A stretch of 64,000 nt of DNA from Trichoplax sp. H2 (Eukaryota): the NCBI GenBank assembly GCA_003344405.1, contig NOWV01000027.1, positions 1-64,000 of the forward strand. The letters run 5' to 3'. The notes beneath the pieces were generated by a model that saw only the letters and a program-made list of their open reading frames with translations, was not told where the DNA came from and made no database searches. This document shows positions 44,801 through 57,424 of the stretch, piece after piece. The translations under genes were made by a program, and so were the position numbers. Each line of letters opens with the position of its first letter. Within the stretch, counting starts at the first letter, position 1.

Positions 44801-47154
44801 ATTGCTCGATAAAAGGAATAGGATTCCAATAAGTAAGTTACGTCACTGGTACGTAAACTATAATAAAAATTAGTGGTGTAAACTTATTAATAGTCGCGTC
44901 GATTTTATTGAATAAAGAGGTATTCAATCTCGTATAAGATCATTTATTGGCAAAATAATTACGATTACAGATTTACAAGTGGTATTAAGGGCAAATGGGG
45001 GATAAAATAGCAAGGCTTCAATAGTTCACTGAAGAATACGTTATAACTGTCTAAAATTTAATTTTTTATTACCAAAATAGGATACGGTTGTCTGACATTC
45101 AGGGAGCATAGTGCAAAACTTGCGATAAATTTTTACAGCAAATGATATCGAGCACTACGATAATGTCTTTTTACGGTAATAAATGTACAACATTTATGAT
45201 TTTTCTTACAATCATGGCACATTTTTATTCGTTGTGATAGAACTTACTAGTAATGATAATATAATTGTCCAATCTTGCTGGCAATTTCGCCAATTTGCCA
45301 TCGCTTTAAACTTAATTTATTGTCTAGGATTTGCCTATGGGGTAAATTACATCAGTATAACTATAATAATTCAAGAATGAGAGCCCTATATAATTAGTAC
45401 ATTAATAGTGTAGATGAGATAGTATTTAAGTAGGATATATTATTTTTATTCTGTTGAGCTAAAGGCACGATTCTTTTATACTCGTAAGTATAGAATAACA
45501 AGTACAGAATGTAAACAAATACAACTTCTATAGGATATTTATTAATTATCCTATAAATTTATAATTTTTTATGATAATATTTTTGTAATAGTGACTGCAG
45601 CTAAGATATTGGTGAACCCTATTCTTGTATGAGTACAGTAATAGATTACAGTAGAGAGGCAGATATTAAAGTTAGGATACGCATAATAAATTAGTGAAGC
45701 TAACGGTAAGTACATGGCTATTTGCAGATATAGATATTTTATATAGTTTATTGTAGCACACGCCTATTTTTCCTTGATGCTAAACGCATGGTTACATTTT
45801 ATAGAGTATAGTAATTTAAAGGATTGTAGTGTAGTAGAGTAAAGCAACAACATAATTATTTTATATATCAGCATACAGCGATACTCACCTATGCTTTTGT
45901 TGAAATTTCCATAACTGTAAATTAGAAAACATTGGTATAGGTAGAAAATTAGATATCGATTTAACATTAGTCTAGATTGGTATGATATCGAGCTTCATTT
46001 CTATTCTATCTAGTAGTAGAGCCTATTCATAATACTGTATGTAACTATCGTATCGCTATCTGACGCTATACTGGTACAATACAATATACGCGTACAGTCA
46101 TTGCACACTGTTACAATATTGATATTCTTTATAAGTTACATGGATAATTATAATTGATAACTTCGGTAAAAGTGTGAATTATTTATTATTATAACCGTAT
46201 TTAAAATTAAATTAGTTATAGATTTCACATCCTCCCAATTAGCATGCTATTGTATCTTGTGTTCTATTTTAATCTACTGATATGTACTGTAGTACCATGG
46301 TTAGTTCTAATTCACGGCATTACTATCCTTTAGATATCTATTATCATGTGGATATTTATTATCGTTATCCGGTTGTTATAAAGTAATTACTGATGGTAAT
46401 GCAATAGGACAGTGAATAGATAGCATTTATCTTTGTAATGAAGAATAAATAGCCGTTAATAACTAACGATTGGTGATAGTAACTTACTTTGGTGTAGACA
46501 TCGAAAGTTTTAGCAAAATAATTCTGCCAATGGTAATGACCGAATTGCGGCAGTTCTCTAAGTACACATGGGAGCAAATAGTTATTATGATATCACAAGT
46601 TGAAATTAATCTTTACAGTTCACGTAGTAGCTAGTGGTTTTTCATTTTATCGAGGTTAACAAATGGTAAAGCGTGATATTTATAAAGAGTAGCACGGTAG
46701 TGTCTACTTTTTTACAAGAATCTTCTTGTAAATCTATTGCTGTGTAATGCTAGTATATTATGTATAATAGAGAAGAGTCTGGTAAGTATTTCTCTTCACT
46801 TTAGTTGTTTTTGGTCCTGAATTACTTCCTACTTGGCTACCGTACTGCAATAAAAGCAATTCTACTACGATACGACTCCAGCAACAGGTATCATTTTTGG
46901 TATATTATTGTATATACAGTATATCATTGACGAGTTGAAATTCTACTGTGCAAATTGCAGTAGAGTAAAATTGGACATAGCAAAGACAAAGGTAAGGCAG
47001 CAATACTATGAATTGATTTCTTTTTCAACATTGACAGTGAAATGAATCACAGTGTGACATGGACTGATGAAACTTACCTCATGCCGTTAAATAATTGTTT
47101 GGATTTATCCAATAAAGCAGTAAATTCTTCAACAATTTTATTCTCATTGGCCAT
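41895..47154 (-). CDS. SCAI: Protein SCAI (suppressor of cancer cell invasion) homolog
   Basis: Exons: MANENKIVEEFTALLDKSKQLFNGMR / ELPQFGHYHWQNYFAKTFDVYTK / LWKFQQKHR / LKRWQIGEIASKIGQLYYHYY / KKLRYYARFIVVCLLL / FRQFIHDEFLRLLI. Ends LAKVLNAGQYIYQET* (TGA 41895-41897). Confidence 0.93.
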
Positions 47155-47574
47155 ATTAACTGATGAGAATCAATCCTTCTAATGATTACCAATTAAAATG
47201 CAATGCATCAACACTTGTCTACAATTGGAGTTTTACTCAATGGCTTTAGAATGTTGCTAGTTGATCGCATCCACTCTTAGAGTACAGTAGAGTGTACAGT
47301 AGACATGGATTGATGTTGTAGTTGCACCGCTGAATGGAGCAAGTCATGAGCAATACGATTGCTATCGAATAGGTCAGTTTTTCCTGCTATTTCAGGTCGC
47401 TATTACAAGTTAATGAAGGAGTGGAATATTGTACACTGAAAGAAATAAAAATGGATACGCTAAAGACCAGAAATGATTTCTGTCAAGAGTTTGTTTTTGA
47501 AATAAATGGCGTTGCCATATCATGACAACATGAATCACTGAATGGATGCTAAGGTACGCTTACAGCCCAAGCCT

Positions 47575-48380
47575 ACAGTACAGTAATTGTTGAGTATTTC
47601 CGTCTCTTTGTACTGTACACTGTACTGTAGACGCGTCGTCCCACGCATACTGTAAGGAGTAAGGATGAAAGGGGGTGTACTGCGCAAGTGCAAATCAGTA
47701 AAATCAGCCCGTGATTGATTGCTTACAGTAGAGTGTTCTACTGTACTGTACAGTACAGTACTGTACAGTACATTTTGATTCTCGTAGCAGACATTGATAC
47801 TCGTAGCAGACATGTACTGTACACAGTACAGTACATACAGTCAGTACGATTTCAAGGTTTTTGTCGTGTTTACTACCGTCGCTTTGGTTCATGTTGCCCG
47901 ACAGTTGCTTGACAACGAGGATCAGATGAGTATCACTGCTGTAAAACTGTGCAGGTCAACTACTGCCATCTACTGCACTGTACTCAGTGTACAGTACTAC
48001 CATAGAGAGTGTTTTTATACTGTACTGTACTGTGTAGAAATTCTTTTTTTCGCAACTGTACAAATTCTGCTCTTTAAAGTTGTCCCTTTCCCCACTTTTG
48101 CGGAAGGAAAGAAATACGCAGGCGCATTCCGTCAGGAGCTGAAGTGCGCATCCGCGTTCCGTTCCATTCCGTTGTTCACCCCTAGATTTGACCTACTGTA
48201 CAGTGTACAGTGTACAGTACAGTGTACAATACTGTACTGTACTGTACTGTACTGTACTGTACTGTACTGTAGTTTAGTCAAGGTTGGTCAACCGGAGGTC
48301 CATGGCTTAGTACAGTACAGTATTGTTGCGGTACTGTACCGTACACTGAGCTATTACGTAATTTTATGAGGTACAGTACG
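47575..48380. repeat. TACAG/TACTG tract in the SCAI/CREBZF divergent promoter
   Basis: Includes a perfect (TACTG)8 at 48230-48269 and many TACAGTA/TACAGTGTA. A 19-bp tandem duplication lies at ~47776-47813. Confidence 0.88.
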
Positions 48381-48973
48381 AGGTAGTGCAGTCTTGACAA
48401 AAAATAATGTCACACATAATGGTCGAATACGAGTGTTTTAGTAGGATGGCTATCTACAAAGTCATGACGGATAGGGTGACATTACTTTTTCGCGTCCCGC
48501 TGTACGGTACCGAGTGTGAAGATCGGAGTGAACGTCGTCGAAACGTTCTGATAACGTTTTTATGGATCTTTCTGCTCGGTACACTACTTCTTCCTTTATA
48601 CAATCTCTATTGGGCTGTGCGATGATGTTGGCCGAACAAGTTCATCTCTGGCAAAGGTCACCACCGTCAAAACGTCAAGCCAACGTTAAAACGACCCGTC
48701 AAATCGTCACTTCACCCACAGCGCTGTAGCGTTTCCAGTAGTTCGTCACCATTTCACGTCACACGTTGTTGATAAGGCTCAAATCGATATCTATTTCTTT
48801 CCTCCAGTCGCTTATGGACTTTTTTTTCGCCATTTTTTCTGTTACTTATTGACCGCTTTTTATTTGTACTATTGCAATAGGAAATTGTACAATCTTCATT
48901 AGGGTAACAATAAGTGTGCTATAGTCTACTGCATTTTATCGCCCGCATCCAAAATTTGGAAATCGTTGGATTC

Positions 48974-49693
48974 ATGCAATATTTACTCTCGGAACTTTAC
49001 GACGGCGGCATCTCGCTGTCCAATTCGACCGCTTGTCTATCTCCACCGTTAGACGGCAGTGAAGAAATGCCCCAAGATATATTGGACGCTACTGCCAGCA
49101 ATAGCTACGATAATGCCCATAAATGGTTATTCACCTACGATGATCAATCGGCAAAAAGGGCAAAAAATGATATGGATAAAAGCAAGAAACAAGCTATGGC
49201 AGCCAAACTCAATCGAGAGAAGAAGAAAAAGTATATCTCTGAGTTAGAATGTCGCGTCAAAGCACTCCGCGAAAGTGATAAGTTACAACGAGAGAAATTA
49301 CAATTTGCCAAGGAACGAATCGACAGTTTAGAAAATGAAGTTAGCTATCTGAAAAGTGTCTTGGCCCATGATAGTCAACTTTCCAAGTTGTTAAGAAATA
49401 TTCCCAATACACCCGATGTGCAATTGGATTCTTCTTTACTCCATCATCACGCGCATACGATTGGCAATCAATCCAAGAGAAAATACAATCAGGACCAACC
49501 ATTGCCTCCAGTTAGCTTGATTGATGGTGATCTAAATAGTGACGACGATAACATGGCGCCTCCTGTTTGCTGTAAAAAATTGCGTTCTAACGTTCAATCT
49601 GCTGCTGGAATATGCTTACATGTGTCTGAACAAAAAGTGACGATTGAGCTATGCTCCGAATGTAGCCGTAAAGCATCTAGTCTGAACCACTAG
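48974..49693 (+). CDS. CREBZF: CREBZF/Zhangfei-like bZIP transcription factor, single coding exon
   Basis: Basic region AMAAKLNREKKKKYISELE followed by a leucine zipper (..LENEVSYLKSVLAHDSQLSKLL). C-terminal GICLHVSEQKVTIELCSECSRKA matches the CREBZF GVCLHV..SVEFCSAC motif. First in-frame ATG at 48974. Confidence 0.85.
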   Translation: MQYLLSELYDGGISLSNSTACLSPPLDGSEEMPQDILDATASNSYDNAHKWLFTYDDQSAKRAKNDMDKSKKQAMAAKLNREKKKKYISELECRVKALRESDKLQREKLQFAKERIDSLENEVSYLKSVLAHDSQLSKLLRNIPNTPDVQLDSSLLHHHAHTIGNQSKRKYNQDQPLPPVSLIDGDLNSDDDNMAPPVCCKKLRSNVQSAAGICLHVSEQKVTIELCSECSRKASSLNH

Positions 49694-50682
49694 CTGTTTC
49701 ATAAAACTTTACTATTATGAATTCTATTTAATGGTCTGTAATGCTATAAGCACTGATTTAGCTTAAAAAAAATTTCAATTTGCTGTTAATGTAAAATGAT
49801 GTATACTTAGAGGAACATCCTTTCACGATTAATGAGTTATAATTATCAAGCTACTGTATTAATGAGGATGATTCTTGTAATACTATAGACGATAGTACTG
49901 TATTACAACTGCCTGTGCTTGTAGTAGCCAATACAGTGTAGTGATTGCATTGATTAATCATCATCTTATTAAAACAGATTGTCTCAAAATGGATCTCTTT
50001 TGTATCTCGTTTCTACAGATACCCGATTTTCAAATAAGGCTATGAAACTTAAAAATAATCCAAAACTAGAAATAACTAACTGGTAAAGTATTTGCCATAC
50101 ATCAATATAATCATTCGAAAAAGCAAATTTTTTGACAAACCTTCTCCATTTTTTTGTATATCATATTAATGCATATGCACGTAAACGCTAATACTATCGG
50201 GCTGTCGTTAAAGACTATTCTAAGCGCGTAAGACTTTAAAGGTAATGCCCACTTAAAAAATCCAAATACTCATGAAGCGCTGGATACGAGTAGGTTAAAC
50301 ATACTGTAAGTAATGATGTTTATCTTATTGTTGGCAACCAATATATTTTATTATTCAACGTTGTTGTGCCAAAGATTGATCATGTTGACGTTGAATTTGT
50401 TGAAATCATTTGCGCTGTGATATTTTGACCGATTTTTGTCAAGTGTTGAAGATCCACATTACATTAGTAACGTAGAAATAATGCGACTAGATAGAATGTG
50501 CTAGTATGATCAGACAATCTCAGTAGGATATGCTTTCTGAAATTCGCATTACGTCTTCATGATGTCGATGTTATTCATGTATATGGCGTTATTTTTTACC
50601 GTCGTTATTATTGATAATGATGATATACTCGTGTATATATATATACGGGTATATATACGCGTATTGCGTCTGCATGGTGTAG

Positions 50683-50730
50683 CCATGGACTACTAGAAAA
50701 GTACTAGATTTTCTCTCTGGTAGTCCTTGG
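50683..50730. mobile_element. 48-bp mini-MITE of the CCA.GGACTAC TIR family
   Basis: CCATGGACTACTAGAAAA ... TCTCTGGTAGTCCTTGG has the same TIR as 16119-16238. No convincing TSD. Confidence 0.55.
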
Positions 50731-52002
50731 GGTAGCAATGACTACGAAAATTGGCCCTTAAATCGATGCTGTATTGTGTATCAAATCCATGAGATATCCC
50801 AGCATACATACGCATGTTTAATTAAATAAGACGGTACTCGTGCACTAGATAGATGAAAACACCAGTACATTATACTTATTTGACCTTATGCGGTATAAAA
50901 AGTGCAGTTAATTATACAATACTATATATGCCGACGCAGATACATACTGCAATATATTTGAATGCAAATGAAATGCTAACAGTGTTCGATCTTGCATGCC
51001 ACGCTGCTGAGCAGCAGATATCGCAGAAATTAATAATAATATTAAGAAATGAAAACAAAACTGCATTGAACTGCAGTAGATTAACAACTTGGATGCCGTA
51101 TGAAGTCATACGAATCTTTAATCACTAATTTAAGTAACAGTACAACGCACATGAATTGTACTTCAGTGCGTAAATCTGTACTTGATCATCCTCTTCCAGT
51201 AGTCCCCCCTCTCTCTTTACGCATTAATCGGATTTAATCCTTACGATATGCATGTTAGGAACGATTAATAAGATCCGTGTAGAATCTTCCCATTGTTATT
51301 CTATAACGTTTGCCATATATCCTGATGGACTGTTTCTTTTTAAACAATGATTATGTATTTTGTTTTTTACAGAAAATAAAATGTATAACCTGAACCGAAC
51401 TATTTAGGAGTTGTTTCTTTTTGTTTATTGATATGCTCATCCTATAATTTTAGGTCATGATGAACGTAGAAAATGAGTTGATAGTACTAATTACCCTACC
51501 CGTCTTCTAGCTGTCTGCCTAGTTGAGGCTATAAGTATTCGATAACAACAAGTGAAGCTTAATGCTATCATGTATTATAATACTGTATTCCAAATTTGCA
51601 TTTTGAGTCTGTACACTTGATGGATAAATAAGTGGAGAATTTTAGTGTACAAGTGTCTATAAATCATCATCCATTTCTTAATCATAACTGACGAAGAGAA
51701 ATTTATTCTATGAGATTTTTAGTCAATTGTATATCATCTCAGCAAATAAGGCGGTTTTAACGGTTTTAATATACGAATATCATCGCTTACACAATTTCAC
51801 ACATTTCTACAATCAATTGTAATATTTAGAGATCGATGCAATGTCTCTATTTGAATCATACAGGGCGTAATGGATTAATTAGTTTGCACTGTACTCCAAA
51901 TCCTATCCATCACCATGGACACATGGAATCATATTAAGGAGGAATTACAATTTCCTATTTAAAATTGAAGTGTAATTTGCTTAAAGAGCTAATATCAGAT
52001 AA

Positions 52003-54261
52003 TTAAAGCTCTTCTTTCCTATCTATCTTGATCAATTCAACTTCAAATACCAGAGTAGCTCCACCTAGATAGTAAATAAACTTTTTACATTTAGGCATTG
52101 GAAACCCTTGTTTTCTGTTATAAAAACGTTAGCTGTAGATTATAAGATGCATCTTTAATAGCAATTGACCTGGAATTTTAGGAGGTGCACCAGAATCACC
52201 GTATCCTAAATTTGGTGGGATGATAAGTCTCCTCTTTTCTCCTTCACACATTCTGTAATAAGTGCAGTCATTACGCTTAGTAGAAATTTTTGGCTCGAAG
52301 CAATGTCCTATTCTACAGGTGGATAGCTTGAAAGGACTGCAGTGCATATATACGCGTACAACTAATTAACTTGATAGTAGACTATTAGTAGTACAGTAAT
52401 GCGCATATAATGTGTTATATACGTATATCCATCCTATTATCGAACATCTTTCTCTAGTTAATAATAATATTACTATCGATATTGATCACTACCTTTGAAG
52501 GTACGGTAAAAAGTTTGAATCTATTGGTACGTTATATTTTTTATATGAGAAATATGATACAGTCGCGCAGACGAGTAGTTACAAGATTTAAGAGAGCTTA
52601 CACATTACAAAGTAATCGAGGTCCACAATACTTAGTGCGCAAATTACGTTTTTATTAACTAATTTTATTTCCATAACATTTCATTACTAACGTAATATTT
52701 ATTGTATAGAATTTGCTGTGATTTATTACAGGACTATTTGATCTTACCTCAATAATCCTTGGTCCCAACCTACAAACAATATGCAATGATTGATTAATGA
52801 TTTGGAAGCAATACTGTAGTTTAATTAAGTGTATCAATGAAACCATAAGCATTAAGTTCGATGATGCAGTAAATGATCTAGCAGTTGATCAGCAAATTTA
52901 ACTGTAGTTGGATTATACTTTTTTACGTAAAGAGCTTATAAACACGACTCTATAGTAACTAGATCTATTACAATTTTCTAGTTTAGCAATGACATATAGA
53001 GGAAGACTCGTCAGTCTCGTTGTTTACATGTAATCTGTATTCGCCACTTCGTAGGAGAGAGATAGAAAGCACTACAATACCAAATAGTGTAATAGTATAT
53101 AAATTTACCTTTTATAACTTGCCCTGCACCTAACTTGAATACAAATGGATCTCCACGCCCAATGCTGCTGTCAAATTCTGTACCATCTTTTTTCAGAGTT
53201 CCCTAAATACGCGTATGTGTTAATGATACATAGCTTGAAACAGTCCAACAAAACGTTGTGAAAGATATTACTCCCAAAGGACAGTACTGTGCTATGAGAA
53301 TGTGTGGTTTCTCAACGTTGTAATATTGTATAAAATACAAGAATTCAACATCAACGCATTGCTGTGTTCTTAAATTGGTTACGCTAAAATTGTATGATTA
53401 CTAATATCCGCAAAGGCTGCAATATTTTTCAACTACTGTTTCAGTCTGTACTTATAAGCTTTTCATGCTGTCAAGTCCATTGCTACGAGTACTGTATATT
53501 AGTGGACTGAAGTTTATACACAGTATTTAAAGCGTGCAGTACTGCTATCCATTTCAATGATGATGGCTGATGACTACCATAAGCATTCGTTGCTGTACGC
53601 GTATGTATATTTAACTTAGTCAGCGCTTCCAGACGACGATTAGTAACACGCTTGATGATCTATTACAATAAAAAGGAAAGAGTAGGTCTTGCAAGTATTG
53701 TAGTTCTTCTATCATTCAATAGACTGTCTTTTCCACTGTATAAGAAGTGGTTGCTAGCTAGAGCATCCTAGAACTTTTGTCTGTTGATTACAAAGCATAC
53801 TAACCATTCATCGTCACTATTTGTCATTAATTCTTCCATGATTATATAATATTACAGTCAAAGTACGAGTACGCACGCAGTATTATTGTAATTATTAATT
53901 CATTATTTGTCCAAGTCTTTATCAAGTTTATCTTCCATGCGCAAAGATGGCGTTACCCTTATGCGTGTTTGTTGGTTAATGAATTGTGCGATCAATAATG
54001 TTAGCAATTTTTCTTTTCATATCATAACTACTGTCTAGTACATAAGAAGAGGCTGATTAACCGAATGGAGAAGTTAACGTGCTTGCCAATTACCGTGTAG
54101 TGCATATGCAGAGTATCTCCTTTTTTAGATCGGATTTTACAGTCGGGGATTCTCTTTTTAATCCCAATTTGCAATTTGTCTTCAGCCAGGCCTGTATCCA
54201 AGAATACAGCGACCACGATGAATAGACAAAGGATCCAATAGATGCTGCGTTTTAAATCCAT
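52003..54261 (-). CDS. FKBP2: ER peptidyl-prolyl isomerase FKBP2 (FKBP13)
   Basis: Signal peptide plus [19 protein letters not shown] (54094-54261), then [25 protein letters not shown], micro-exon [26 protein letters not shown] and [18 protein letters not shown] (ER-retention-like end). Confidence 0.95.
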
Positions 54262-54406
54262 TCGTTATACGATTTAACGGTGGCAGAAAGAATTCTTCTA
54301 ATCGTCGAGAATGGGTTAATGGACTCTCTCGACAGCGTTAGCTTTTAGTCTTCACTTGAACTAGTCAGTTAGAACTTCGAAAGGTGCCTGCAGCCAGAAC
54401 ACTAGG

Positions 54407-54541
54407 TGTACACGGTACAGTACAGTAGCTCATTTTCGGGCCACCGTGTAGTACAGTTCAGTATAGTAGGATTTTCTTCCTTTGTTACCTTCATGGACTA
54501 CAGTGTACAGTGTACAGTATAGTACTGTACGCTACAGTACA
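54407..54541. repeat. TACAG/TACTG tract upstream of FKBP2
   Basis: TACACGGTACAGTACAGTA and TACAGTGTACAGTGTACAGTATAGTACTGTA. Confidence 0.75.
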
Positions 54542-54549
54542 TCAAACTA

Positions 54550-55448
54550 ATGGCCAATGAAAGTGCAATAAAGGCTTTTTCGCGGCCATTTTTGGCATCA
54601 AATCAACTTAATTTTTTAATATGTAGAATTCAATTTTAGTTATTGAAGCACGGTCAAAAATCCCTTAAAATAGACAGAAAAATAGAGAAAAATTCAACAT
54701 TTCTAGAGTGAAATATTTTACTGCTAATTCAGCTTTAGTGGCCGTAAATGACAATTTTAAAAATAGAACATTAGGATGAGTATAAGCATTAGACATCAGA
54801 AATCAACTTGATTTTTTAATATGTAGAATTCAATTTTAGTTATTGAAGCAAGGCCCAAAATCCCTTAAAATAGATAAAAAAAAAATAGAGAAAAATTTAA
54901 CATTTCTAGAGTGAAATATTTTACTGCTAATTAAGTAAGCTTCAGTGGCGGTAAATGACAATTTTAAAAATAGAACATTCGAATGAGTATAAGCATTAGA
55001 CATTAGAAATCAACTTGATTTATTGAAGCATGGTCAAAAATCCCTTAAAATAGATAGAAAAATAGAGAAAAATTCAACATTTCTAGAGTGAAATATTTTA
55101 CTGCTAATTCAGCTTTAGTGGCCGTAAATGACAATTTTAAAAATAGAACATTCCAATGAGTATAAGCATTAGACTAAAGAAAAGATAGCGTTTGTCGCAA
55201 AAAATGGTTGATTGGCTCAAGAGTGTGCTGTTACTCATTAGAAAAGCTTGTAACAGCGAAATGACTCGCTCTGTAGCCTATTCAATATCTTCATATATCA
55301 TATTCTATTAAATAGAATGATAAAACTTCAAAATTTGGCACTTCTTTCTATGGATACGAAATAACAAGTGCTCTATTTTTAGGTTTTAACAGCTTTTAGA
55401 CTAGGATTTTGCATGTTCAATTTTCTTGATTGCACTTTCACTGGCCAT
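54550..55448. mobile_element. ~900-bp MITE with TIRs and three internal ~200-bp tandem units
   Basis: Left (TA)ATGGCCAATGAAAGTGCAAT versus right-end reverse complement (TA)ATGGCCAGTGAAAGTGCAAT. Internal units begin AATCAACTT at ~54601, ~54801 and ~55008; the third has a deletion. Confidence 0.78.
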
Positions 55449-55452
55449 TATT

Positions 55453-55565
55453 GTACTGTACTGTACAGTACTGTACGTACAAGGAAACCTTTAAGCTTCG
55501 TACAGTACATCTCTACTTGGTACTGTAGTGTATTGTACTGTACTGTACTGTTTGCCAGACGTACT
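55453..55565. repeat. TACAG/TACTG tract upstream of SNRPD2
   Basis: TACTGTACTGTACAGTACTGTA at 55454-55475 and TACTGTACTGTACTG at 55536-55550. Confidence 0.75.
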
Positions 55566-55711
55566 GGAACGTATCGGATCGTATCGGATCGATCTTGCCC
55601 CGTCCAGTATTACACAATAACGCGGTTCAGTTCAATTTCTCTGCCTTTCATACCCTTGGCGGCCATTTGCAGACAAGGCTTAAACGTTGTGGGAATCCTT
55701 TGCCATCCATC

Positions 55712-57424
55712 ATGACTTCGTCGGCGTACGTATCCAATAGCCTAGCCTTAGAATAATGCAAGGATCATGATATTGATTGTATATTTATTTTTTTATCTTG
55801 GCTTTGAATTTTCATCCTTGTTGAAAGATTGATGTAGCGTACCTTCGTCTTGATACCCATAGTCCAAGTTGTGTAGTTAGGACGGACTAAGGTAGATGAC
55901 TTGCCTTTGCAAAATTGCAGGTAGTAGCATTTAATAGGGTGGATAATCTTTGTCACAGGGTTCGTTGGCGCAAAGATGGAGTACCACTACCTTAGAATAG
56001 ATAGAATGATATTAATTGTACGCTGATTTCTTATTTCGGATTTGAATTTTTATCCATGTTGGAAGATTAGTGTTGCGCACTTTCGTCTTCTTACCCATAG
56101 TGTAGTCGTGACAGTCTAAGGTGCATGACTTGCTTTTGCAAAATTGCAAGAAGTAGCAATCAATAGGGTGGATAATCTCTGTTAATGGGTTCGTTGGTGC
56201 ATGGATCAAATAGCCTTACCTTACAATGATCATAATGTTAGTTACATACTTACTGTTATCTCAGCTTTGAAGTTTCATCCATGTTGAAAGATTGGTGTAG
56301 CGAAACTTCAATCTGACCCATAGCGTGTAGTCATGACAATCGAAGGGAGATAACTTGCCTTTGCAAAATTGCAAGTAGTAGCAACAAATAGTGCGGATAG
56401 TCCCTATTAAAGGGTTTATTGGCATATGCATTCTTACCTTAGAATAGTACAATAATCATGATATTAATTGTAGACTTATTTTTATCTGCGATTTGATTTA
56501 TAATCCTTGTTGAAAGATTAATTTACCCTTGTGTAGCTATGACAAATCTAAGCTAGTTGACTTGCCTTTGCAAAATTGCAGGTAGTTGCAACAAATAAGG
56601 TGGATAGTCTCTGATAAAGGCTTCGTTGACGCATTCATTGAATAGCATTGCCGTGGAAATGATTATGATATTAGTTGTGCTTCTTTTTTATCCATACTGA
56701 AAGATTGAAAGTTTTATGTAGCGCACTTCCATATTCTTACTGACAGTGTAGTGATGACAGTCTAACATAGAGGACTTGCCTTTACAAAATTGCAGGTAGT
56801 AGCAACCAATAGTGCGGATAGCCCCTGTTAAAGCTCACTTATTAGAGATAAAAGATGATGGTTGTTTGTAATTTTCACTTGTTATGTTATGCTATAGACT
56901 AGTTTATTAGCTAAGATAATTTGCTCAATAAGACTCGTAATAGTAGTTTCCTACTTTTCGCGTATGGAAAGCCCTGTTGTAACCACAATTGAATTTTGCA
57001 ACTTGCTATAATTTTAAATAGCTCATTGTTGATTTCAATAATAATCATAATTGGAATAAATCCATGTAGGCAAAAACCTAAATCTGAGATGACGCCAGAA
57101 GAGCTGGCCAAAGTGGAAGAGGAATTATTTAATACCGGCCCTTTATCCATTCTAACACAAGCTGTAAAAAATAGCGACCAAGTATTGATTAATTGCCGTA
57201 ACAACAGGAAGATTTTAGCGCGTGTCAAAGCTTTCGATAGGCATTGCAACATGGTATTAGAAAATGTCAAAGAGATGTGGACAGAAACGCCAAGGACAGG
57301 GAAAGGAAGGAAAGCTAAACCTGTCAATAAAGATCGTTATATTTCTAAAATGTTCTTACGTGGAGACTCTGTTATACTAGTATTAAAGAATCCGCTAACT
57401 GCTGCTGAAGTCCCTGATAAATAA
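55712..57424 (+). CDS. SNRPD2: Small nuclear ribonucleoprotein Sm D2
   Basis: Exon 1 at 55712-55725 (ATG ACT TCG TCG GC|gtacgt, inferred) joins exon 2 at 57070-57424: [82 protein letters not shown]. Confidence 0.95.
55740..56835. repeat. Diverged tandem array, 5 x ~215-245 bp, filling most of the SNRPD2 intron
   Basis: Core ACTTGC(C/T)TTT(G/A)CAAAATTGCA(G/A)G occurs five times (~55900, 56128, 56352, 56560, 56774). Flanking blocks (TTG.AAGATT, ATAG.G.GGATA) are also shared. Confidence 0.9.

Noticed and set aside
47794..48369. 191-aa ORF, and similar YCTVL/YSTVQ-rich ORFs at 10095-10330, 15386-15604, 47535-47912 and 55413-55715
   Set aside because: These are translations of TACTG/TACAG pentamer tracts, which are poor in stop codons. 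No domain, and they lie in promoter intervals.
56911..57327. 138-aa minus-strand ORF
   Set aside because: Antisense shadow of the conserved SNRPD2 exon.
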